A stretch of 32,181 nucleotides of DNA. It comes from Octopus bimaculoides. Lineage: Eukaryota. The DNA is taken from the NCBI RefSeq assembly GCF_001194135.2, contig NC_068992.1, positions 20,684,543 to 20,716,723 on the forward strand, given 5' to 3'. Below, in pieces: positions 23,221-32,181 of the stretch. The translations under genes and the position numbers were made by a program. Position 1 is the first letter of the stretch; each line of letters begins with the position of its first letter. The notes beneath the pieces are model-generated. The model saw nothing but the letters and a program-made list of their open reading frames with translations. It was not told where the DNA came from and did not search any database.

Positions 23221-23968
23221 TATTGAAAGGACCTTGATTGTAGATAAAATTCTTTTTGGCTAATTTTCGGAAAAAAATCGGCATTTTTGTATTTGCTGCC
23301 GATTAGGTAAACCGCAAATACGCGGTATATTTTGAAAAATTAGACATAGGAATACGAACCATGCTGCTTATTGACTCGTGCTTCATATGCTGTCTGGTCA
23401 TTTCTGCTGATGATAGTCCGACCTTGTAAGATATATAATTTTTATCTTACTAAAATTGACTTGAAACCATGGTACAGAATATAGATTGGTAAAAGTTTTT
23501 ATTTTTCATTCACTTTCGAAATTATCCCTAATTTTTGTGGTATGTAGTCTTTTTGCTGCTTCCTCGTAGAACCGCATTAACGTATGCCTCTGTGTCTGAC
23601 ATTGTCTCCATTGTCCACACTATAATTCAAAACAACACTGGCACCAATAAACATATGCAAACATGACAATGCCAGTCTTATACAATATTTAAAGACTGCA
23701 AGCACTATTAAGCATATCTTACAATCTGAGAATAAAAATCGATAGAGAATTTCAATGATAATTTTCTCCGTCCTAATTATTATATTAACATTATAATTAT
23801 TATATCAATATTATTCAATTCTGGAAACTATTCCATTGTAAGTTATAGAATGTTGTAATAGTGTAATGGCATTTATTATGAGTTCAATGAGCCTGTGAAG
23901 ATATACTTGTTGTAGTTTGCAAGATTTATGTTTCCATCGCTCTTGTTCTTTTTGTTGTTTAATTCCAG

Positions 23969-24034
23969 GTCAGTTCATATTACTCAAATCTCTGATAGTA
24001 AAGGTGTTACAGATGAGACCAACATTATTCGTAG
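23969..24034 (+). CDS. Isolated plus-strand exon-like segment (66 nt, symmetric)
   Basis: Acceptor tcttgttctttttgttgtttaattccag and donor TAG|gtaatg; two frames open (SVHITQISDSKGVTDETNIIR and QFILLKSLIVKVLQMRPTLFV). No recognisable motif. Confidence 0.2.
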
Positions 24035-24536
24035 GTAATGTGCCACAACCACAAAATCTACTGCGTTATTCTCAAGACAGTAGAATGTAATTTCAAAGAT
24101 AATTGTTACATCTTCCACCAAAACGAGTAAATATACTGAGACTTCTCTGTCTTATGATCTTTCATGAGAAAAATCCAGAATAAAGCAGGATGATACTCAT
24201 ATATATTTATACTCATATGTTAATATATAATTCATTCACGACAAGTTGATTATTTCTAGTGAAATAAAATTGGACAATATTTGTTACTTTATAGTTAAGT
24301 TTGTTATGAATATATCTTCTGAACTATTATTAAGTTACTTATTTCACATATATTTTCAGTCCTGGCTATTGCCATAAAATGTTTACAAATATTACAACGC
24401 TATAGATAAGGATTGGTATGGTTGTATTACCGTTTATCGAGACGTTCACCGATCAAATTTGTTTCCTTTCATTCACTTATTTTATTATTAATATTGTTTA
24501 TCTTGGTTTAAACTATGCAGACATTTCTGTGTAAAA

Positions 24537-24650
24537 GGATGCTGGATTGTGTGGTTAAGAAACATTCTTTTAAAACACGTGCTTTCGTGTTCAGTCTCAT
24601 TGTATAGTATTTTGGGGAAAAGCCTTATAGTATAGCTCTGGTCCTTCCAA
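24537..24650 (+). mobile_element. SINE family B, degenerate head
   Basis: tgtgtggttaagaa...tttcgtgttcagtctcattgtatagtattttggggaaaag is loosely collinear with the reverse complement of 30295-30449. Confidence 0.4.
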
Positions 24651-24776
24651 TGATATTTGTGCTAAGTTCTCAAGATATCACCATGAAAGAATGAGAAAAG
24701 ACTGATAAATATGGAGACCTGAGAATTGAGATAGCTAAGATATGGTACCTACGAGAGTCAAACATAAAGTTCGTAC

Positions 24777-24829
24777 TTTTTGCCGTTGGGAATTGGGTTC
24801 AACACCACCCAATCCGAAGAAAAATACAT
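24777..24829 (-). CDS. Candidate coding exon MYFSSDWVVLNPIPNGK(K)
   Basis: Acceptor ctatttctaaggttttcag; weaker donor AA|gtacga; the phase 0>2 frame bridges 29246 and 14451. A second frame (DVFFFGLGGVEPNSQRQK) is also open. Confidence 0.35.
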
Positions 24830-25457
24830 CTGAAAACCTTAGAAATAGCGTACAATCTAGACGTATGGCAAAAGTCGGCATTTCTTGTAACTGCACGCAT
24901 ATTTTGTAAAGCACTGTCTGCCTGAGGTACTTGTGACTTGACACACGGTACAAACCCAAAGTAGAGACAATATTTTCGATCACCAACCTCACGATATTGT
25001 ATACTATGCGACGTCTATAATAATGATGATTATAACTATACATATATGTTGGAGGGTACATAACGTAATACATATATAACACATAGCAGATATGTAACTT
25101 AGTATCTATAATATGGGCGTATGCATATATGTGCACGTACGCTTGCTTATATGTGTGTATATGTATGTGCATATATATACATACAGATATATATATATAT
25201 ANNNNNNNNNNNNNNNNNNNNNNNNNNNNNNNNNNNNNNNNNNNNNNNNNNNNNNNNNNNNNNNNNNNNNNNNNNNNNNNNNNNNNNNNNNNNNNNNNNN
25301 NNNNNNNNNNNNNNNNNNNNNNNNNNNNNNNNNNNNNNNNNNNNNNNNNNNNNNNNNNNNNNNNNNNNNNNNNNNNNNNNNNNNNNNNNNNNNNNNNNNN
25401 NNNNNNNNNNNNNNNNNNNNNNNNNNNNNNNNNNNNNNNNNNNNNNNNNNNNNNATA

Positions 25458-25494
<37 letters not shown>

Positions 25495-26779
25495 TAGAAT
25501 TTACTTCTATTATAGGATAAACTTTTTACAAAACTTTTATCAAGTGGCGAGCGTATTAAAATACCTTTTAGGATGAAAATATAAGCAATTATAAATAAGG
25601 GCAAGATAAAAAAAAAATTCTATGCCAACGTGCTGAGAAATAGACTTCAAATCGTATATAAATACATACATATATACATGCATACATGCATTCATGCATA
25701 GATACATACATACATATATACATATATTCATTGTCTCTTAATGACGTGATAGTGACGAATGTGTCTCCTTGATTTTAGGTTTCCGTCTTCTAATATTACA
25801 ACACAGCGAATGCCTTTGTATCTCCACATCTCATCTCATACATTTTGTCTATCCCTGACACTACATTAACCAGAAGCACATCAATTTCTCCTCAGGACTT
25901 CGTCACTTCTCATTCATTTTTCACTATACATTTTTAATTTTTCCCTTTGCTTTGAATTTGCGTCTATTTAGGATTAACCTTCACTGTTTCCCTTTAAACG
26001 ATCTAGGAAGGATAGAGATCCCTATTTGTATGGCGCATTCATGCTCACGCAGCCCATTATATGATAAATCTATCGCACACTTATCAATGCGAACACGCAT
26101 TAGAAGGTTACCTGAATATATTTCAACACTATATAATACGGAAATTTCAGAGACGATTGTCCTTAGATAATGTCATCAATTACTGAATAACTATCACCGC
26201 CTACAGCCGCTCAAGTTCGTAGCTGCTGTATCAGTGCATTGTATCTATATCAACTAACTTTACTACTAATTTTATTCTTAAATACCTACGTCTTAAGTAT
26301 AGATGAGGGGGAAAATACCCCACAAACAGTAACGGCAGTAGTATAAGGTTAATGAACTCCCCGTCACTCTTCGCACAGGGAAGAATAAGCTCTTACATTG
26401 ACTTGCTATTTTATTCATCCTTGTGTTCATTGAATTTAAGCAAGTCTTTCTTTGATATCTTAACAAGACAAGCTGACTCGAAGACTATCTGACATATCTT
26501 CATTTATTTACTAAATGGATTTTCATGACTAACAGAAGACCGTATTTTATATCTTTTATGTATTTCCATCCAAGGCGGAAACAAACAGTTTTTCCATTTA
26601 TATTATTCAAGCCTATCCATTATCGAGTCTCACAATGATATAATTGACAATGCCGAAGAGTTGTAATTCTGGGTAGAAGTTACTTACATCTGAGTGCATC
26701 ATTTAATAATATTATTGGTTTTGTACAAAAAAGAATAAATATATGAGTAACACGGCTTCTTCCTCTTCTTTATAAATGT

Positions 26780-27178
26780 ACACAATACTTTTGTATGCAT
26801 GCACATATATAATATATATATATAATATATATGTGTGTGTGATGTATATATATATATATATATATATATGCGTGTTGTATAAATATGTATATATATATAT
26901 ATATATATATGTGTGTGGGTATGTGTGTGTGTGTATAAATATATATACACGAACAGATGTGTGTGTTACATATATTACACACATACATCCACATACATAT
27001 TGTGTATCTGTCATCTGTCTACCTAGATATCTATCTTTATGTAGAGGTATGTATTTNNNNNNNNNNNNNNNNNNNNNNNNNNNNNNNNNNNNNNNNNNNN
27101 NNNNNNNNNNNNNNNNNNNNNNNNNNNNNNNNNNNNNNNNNNNNNNNNNNNNNNNNNNNNNNNNNNNNNNNNNNTATA

Positions 27179-27220
<42 letters not shown>

Positions 27221-27232
27221 CATATATACATG

Positions 27233-27265
<33 letters not shown>

Positions 27266-27302
27266 ACACGTTATACACAGACACTCACACACACCACACA
27301 TA
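26780..27302. repeat. Compound TA/TG microsatellite block with gap
   Basis: Direct reading; N-gap at 27057-27174. Confidence 0.9.
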
Positions 27303-27880
27303 GGATATTCTTAGAAATTGCATTCAGTTGAATGTATACTACGTGATATTTATGAACCACTGTCTCAGTTTCAACCAGGGTCTATTACATTTAAACGTCT
27401 CCATTTATATACTGCAGAATGTTCGAAAGCATAGCTGCTGTCACTATACATTCTTCTTTATATAAACATTTAGTAAATCCATGTCAAGCTGAAACATATG
27501 AATTATTGTTTCTACTAATTTTGATTACTTCTGCAACTTATTAGCATTAGTCATCAAACACGTTTGTAATGGCGGAAAACTTAAAAATTGAGCTACCGTC
27601 CGCTGTCATTTCAGCTACGATAGAGATTCAGTTGATCAACACCACCGAAACTGCGTTTTAGAAAATGTATTTTCATATATATTTTACAGGTAAACTAAAC
27701 AACTACACTACACTGCCAAATCTGTTGAGACGTATAGTAGAAAGCAGGCAAGTTTCCAGACCAATACTGATTATTCATGCTAGAATAGACATACAAACCC
27801 CGGGAGAAATTAACAAATTGCAATTATTTTCCGAAAAACTCCAAGAATATGTATTCTTACACACAACTACGTATATATAC

Positions 27881-27925
<45 letters not shown>

Positions 27926-28235
27926 GCACGTTTATACATGCACGCAAGCACGACTATATTTATGAAAGTCTATGTGATGTAGATGCTATATTTATACAAC
28001 AAATTGGCTTTTACACTTGCAGTATTAAAAACAAGTGCCATTTATCTTAGTATGATTTTTCTGACTCATTAATATTTATGACATTACTTTTCGTTAAAAG
28101 TTGCCCAGACGTCAATGTTTTTAGTCATAGCTAATACTTATAAGCAATATGTTATACTACAGAAAAAGAATGTTCGTGCAAGATAGACTAAGTTAACCGT
28201 TATTCTCATTGTTATTGTTAATAGTATTATTACAT

Positions 28236-28455
28236 AGACTGTCAGCTGGCATGATCGTTAGCACGCTGGACGAAATATTTTCTGGCATTTCCTCTAGCAG
28301 TACGTTCTCAGTTCAAATTCCGCCAAAGTCGACGTTGCCTTTCATCCTTTCGGGTCGATAAATTAAATACTAATGAAATATCGGGGGTCGCTCTAATCGA
28401 TTCATCCGTTCCCCCAAACTGCTGCTCTTGGAGCCAAATTTGAAATCATTTTATT
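28236..28455 (+). mobile_element. SINE family A (tRNA-like head, conserved core), near full length
   Basis: A-box-like tggcatgatcgtt and B-box gttcaaattcc (28311-28321); core gtcgacgttgcctttcatcctttcgggtcgataaa; A/T-rich end. No cloverleaf 3' half, so it is a SINE rather than a tRNA gene. Confidence 0.8.
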
Positions 28456-29245
28456 GTTAGTACTACTTCATTGGAATTTCAACGCTGTTGGAAAATTAGT
28501 ACACGATAGGACGGACAACTTTGAAAACGTTACGAGGCCAACGCTTACATTGGACAATTTAGTCGTGTTCCCACGAGAATGTTTCTATAAAGTAACTAAA
28601 TTTACATTGTTTCATGTACATTTTAAACCACGCCATGGGTCGCGTATACATCACGTACTCATGGGTCGCGTACCCAATAAATGGAATCCTTAATAAACTT
28701 AAGCGAAAATATCTCACCGTAAACAGCACAATATAAACAAAAGTCACACGTATCGCACAAACGTTATTCTGCTTCGACCCTCTAAATGTACAAAATATAT
28801 GCTCCACCCACTGAACTCAGCTCATCTCATGAATACATCATCCCTTGTACACTGCCCTCAATACAATGCTATCTCTACACATTCCAAGGATACAGTATAT
28901 TTTAGCAAGTATTTCCTATTCAAGAAAGCTGTAATGCGTTCTGTAAGAACTCAGATTTGATTGTTGCGCTGGGATAATAATTTCCAGCTACATTCATTCT
29001 ATTATCTTACTCAGACAACATATGTTTGTGTTGCTTAATAACGTATTACTAAAGTGACAAACACAATAAAACCTCCATCTTACAAACGCATTGTATCCAC
29101 ACACTGATTATTTCGTCACTATTACAATAGTATTTACTTTGAAGGCGATTTTAATTACATTTGGTCACATCTTTGACTTCATGTCCTCGGGGATCGAAAA
29201 GACATCGTAGTTTCAGGAAATGTAACAGCTGCGTCTCCAGTTTAC

Positions 29246-29283
29246 CTGCCGTACATTATTCACAGACATTTCTCTTATAAGAC
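29246..29283 (-). CDS. Candidate coding exon (G)LIREMSVNNVRQ
   Basis: Acceptor tctctgtcatcgttacag and donor CAG|gtaaac; only one of three frames is open (phase 1>0). Confidence 0.45.
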
Positions 29284-29438
29284 CTGTAACGATGACAGAG
29301 ATTTCCTACTTTACATTCTCTATCTAGTCCTGTTACATACAGTACGTACAAGCTTTCTTGCATCTAATTAGAATAAGCATTTCTCACATTATATCACATT
29401 TCTTTAATGGCAGACATTGTATGCACTGGACAACTCAC

Positions 29439-29469
29439 CAAGACACTTCGAAATGAGGTAAGTTTGAAA
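29439..29469 (-). CDS. Candidate coding exon FQTYLISKCL(G)
   Basis: Acceptor ttttgaactttgctttaag and donor TTG|gtgagt; phase 0>1 fits the next exon. Overlaps a competing plus-strand exon-like segment (29414-29457). Confidence 0.3.
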
Positions 29470-29814
29470 CTTAAAGCAAAGTTCAAAATACATACAGCGA
29501 AGAACTTCTGGCAAAGATTTTTTTTTACATTACATTTGCTTTACAGATACATGACTAGTGTACTGTAACCATTTTATTTTCTATTTAGACTCCTTTAAAG
29601 AAAATACAAATTATTCTTATGCATGCACGTTTATACGTATACTTGAATGTGTCTAGTTAGGTGTTTAGTAACAGGAAAACTGTTTGCATTGTTAGTCAGA
29701 TAATATGCGTGGTTCATGTGTGTCATAACCTTCCCAAGGCACAAGAAACAAAGATTTGTTTCAAAATACAAATTCACATCAAGAAGAGTGCAAACCAACA
29801 ACAAAAACGAAGAC

Positions 29815-29891
29815 GCACACACAGGTACACAGACACACATACAGAGAGAGAGACACACACACACTCATACACACACTCAAATACGTGTGTT

Positions 29892-29930
<39 letters not shown>

Positions 29931-30246
29931 TATGTATATCTATATATATCTATATATCTATCAATGTGTATATATACATATATATANNNNNNNNNNNNNN
30001 NNNNNNNNNNNNNNNNNNNNNNNNNNNNNNNNNNNNNNNNNNNNNNNNNNNNNNNNNNNNNNNNNNNNNNNNNNATATATATACATATATATATATATAT
30101 ATATGCATACATACATATATACATATATATTGAGAGAGAGAGAGAGAGAGAGAGGTAGACAGACATACAGACATATAGATAGATAGACAGACAGACAGAC
30201 AGTCAGACAGACAGTCAGACAGACAGACAGGCAGATAGATAGATAT

Positions 30247-30287
<41 letters not shown>

Positions 30288-30297
30288 CACGCACACA
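29815..30297. repeat. Compound CA/TG/TA/GA/GACA/GATA microsatellite block
   Basis: Direct reading; N-gap at 29987-30074; continuous with the SINE B copy at 30295. Confidence 0.95.
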
Positions 30298-30449
30298 CGA
30301 CATTTTTCCTTCAGTTTTCTCTACCTAATCCACACTCACGGCTTTAGTATGTATGAGGCTATAGTAGAAAACATAACATCACCAAGGTGCCACGCAGTGC
30401 AGCTTAACTCGGAATGATGTGGTTAGCAAGCAATTGCTTGACGCCTACG
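30295..30449 (-). mobile_element. SINE family B (tRNA-like head) running into a compound microsatellite
   Basis: Reverse complement: cgtaggcgt...aaccacatcattccgagttaagctgcactgcgtggcaccttgg...ttctactatagcctc...ggtagagaaaactgaagg, then (TCTA)n/(TCTG)n. I recall this as an abundant octopus SINE (memory, not searched). Confidence 0.6.
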
Positions 30450-30932
30450 AATCGTAATCGTAAAGTGTTACAGAAGTGTGTAGATGATCAGGATAGAAAC
30501 CAAAATATTAAAATACAGAAAAATATTGTTGAAATTTTGTAAATTCACTTTAAAAGAACGTTACATTCATTTTATAAAAGTTTTATAGATATTTAAAAGT
30601 ATGTTATGAAATGGAATCCGTATGGACATGGAATTAGATATAGTCGCAGTAACATGTTATACTTAAGTTGATTACCGCATATTACACAATCGTTAACTTT
30701 CTCCCATGTTTTTCCCAGCAACTTCTACTAAAGAGATAAAACAATGATAGTCATAATCAAAGGGTGTAGTGTTTAGATTAACATACGCTAAAACGATAAG
30801 CAGTCATTGCATGTGTAAGTCTGGAATTCGAGCAACAAACTTTCTTTAATCTGATTTAGCATTTATCAACTCAAACTTTTGTAAATACTATTATGTAACA
30901 AATGTATCCTTCATAATAAAGTATATATTTTG

Positions 30933-31451
30933 ATATATATATATATATATANNNNNNNNNNNNNNNNNNNNNNNNNNNNNNNNNNNNNNNNNNNNNNNNN
31001 NNNNNNNNNNNNNNNNNNNNNNNNNNNNNNNNNNNNNNNNNNNNNNNNNNNNNNNNNNNNNNNNNNNNNNNNNNNNNNNNNNNNNNNNNNNNNNNNNNNN
31101 NNNNNNNNNNNNNNNNNNNNNNNNNNNNNNNNNNNNNNNNNNNNNNNNNNNNNNNNNNNNNNNNNNNNNNNNNNNNNNNNNNNNNNNNNNNNNNNNNNNN
31201 NNNNNNNNNNNNNNNNNNNNNNNNNNNNNNNNNNNNNNNNNNNNNNNNNNNNNNNNNNNNNNNNNNNNNNNNNNNNNNNNNNNNNNNNNNNNNNNNNNNN
31301 NNNNNNNNNNNNNNNNNNNNNNNNNNNNNNNNNNNNNNNNNNNNNNNNNNNNNATATATATATACACACACACACATACATAAATTTATGTGTGGATGTG
31401 TGTTTGTGTGTCTGTTTTTGTGTGAGTGCGTGTGTGCGTGTGTGTGTTTGC

Positions 31452-31497
<46 letters not shown>
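30933..31497. repeat. (TA)n-gap-(TG)n microsatellite block
   Basis: Direct reading; N-gap at 30952-31353. Confidence 0.95.
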
Positions 31498-32019
31498 CTT
31501 GTAATCTGAAACCAATCATCAATCATGCTTGATATATGGGGACTGTTTTATCAAGTACTAGTATAATTGACTTGTATATCGCAAGACATCAAGAGACAAG
31601 ATCATCTTTATCAAACGTTAGTTTTTAAAACGAGGCTTATCATTTAACCTCACAGATCAGATGTATGAGCCAAAGAACTGTATTACGATTTATACTGAGA
31701 AGAACAGGAATAATCGATAATTCAACCATTGCTTTAAACATAAGCAACGTGGATCATTACGAGAGAAGAATTTACAAATGGTTAAAGATAATTAAATGCT
31801 GCATGAGGAGACGAAATTTCAAATAATTATGCACTACATAGTATAGTATTCTGAAATACGCCGTGTAACTAATAGTGGAACTTAAACTATACATTCTGCA
31901 GAGGGAATATGTTAGAAAATATATTATATAATACAAAACAGAATGTTCATCCAAGATATTAAAAAAAAAAAATCCATGATACCACATATACACATCCAGC
32001 GTGCGTATACACACGGAGC

Positions 32020-32140
32020 ACTCTCACACAAAAGCACACATGTTTATAATGAGAAATAAACGCACACACACAGACACACAGAGACTCACACACACACATA
32101 CATACAAACACACATCCACACATAACTTTATGTATGTGTG

Positions 32141-32181
<41 letters not shown>
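32020..32181. repeat. CA/TG/(TA)n repeat at window end
   Basis: Direct reading. Confidence 0.9.

Larger units (their letters stand above)
3169..29469 (-). other. Candidate span of a multi-exon protein-coding gene (small exons, long repeat-rich introns); product unrecognised
   Basis: Hand-spliced chain of GT-AG exons with matching phases: 29439-29469 (0>1), 29246-29283 (1>0), 24777-24829 (0>2), 14384-14451 (2>1), 12092-12126 (1>0), 11915-11964 or 11872-11960 (0>2), 9315-9366 (2>0), 8739-8793 (0>1), then possibly 6364-6390 (1>1) and 3169-3356 (1>0). Peptide: FQTYLISKCLGLIREMSVNNVRQMYFSSDWVVLNPIPNGKKRLVTVSLQLEMVTNYPHNLTDIGLNDENTHILVQAVGNLLHPTDTSIILALVTFYTIMFMINTYLTKVVLLCNIIRSKVDQHQPLW... No homology search was possible. 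Confidence 0.45.
529..31353. other. Assembly gaps (10)
   Basis: N runs at 529-538, 6804-7236, 10224-10233, 11270-11590, 12826-13473, 15677-15915, 25202-25454, 27057-27174, 29987-30074 and 30952-31353. Confidence 0.99.

Noticed and set aside
23723-23725. 3-nt microexon (ttctcag|ATT|gtaaga on the minus strand); similar at 3970-3972 (+) and a 2-nt case near 26688
   Set aside because: Such juxtapositions appear on both strands and with frame-breaking lengths, so chance is sufficient.
28236-28330. tRNA gene
   Set aside because: A- and B-box-like motifs are present but the sequence continues into the SINE core with no acceptor stem; it is a SINE head.
6613-31532. Long ORF-track entries rich in YI/HT/CV/ER/LS dipeptides or X
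   Set aside because: They are translations of dinucleotide microsatellites and N-gaps, not genes.

Overview
AT-rich eukaryotic genomic DNA from a gapped assembly (10 N-gaps, 2,522 N in total, most bordered by (TA)n), with very dense (TA)n, (CA)n, (GA)n, (AAT)n and (GATA)n microsatellites. The repeat content resembles what I recall from octopus/cephalopod genomes; this is inference and was not searched. No prokaryotic genes, intact RNA genes or CRISPR arrays. Most ORF-track entries are microsatellite or gap artefacts. Supported content: (1) three dead Tc1/mariner-superfamily transposase remnants, two mariner-type (10.3-11.1 kb plus strand, 21.9-22.4 kb minus strand) and one DD37D/maT-type (22.6-23.2 kb plus strand); (2) several copies of two tRNA-headed SINE families; (3) two co-terminal copies of a ~520-bp non-coding, TIR-less element embedded in (AAT)n arrays, plus a nearby decayed 3' end of a restriction-like-endonuclease non-LTR retrotransposon; (4) a 20-bp minisatellite; (5) a chain of small, phase-compatible GT-AG exons on the minus strand (core 14,451 to 8,739; possible span 29,469 to 3,169) encoding a protein I cannot assign to a family. 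The gene model was spliced by hand and is tentative, because strong-looking splice sites also occur by chance here. The best leads are the (AAT)n-embedded retroposon family and the unassigned small-exon gene.
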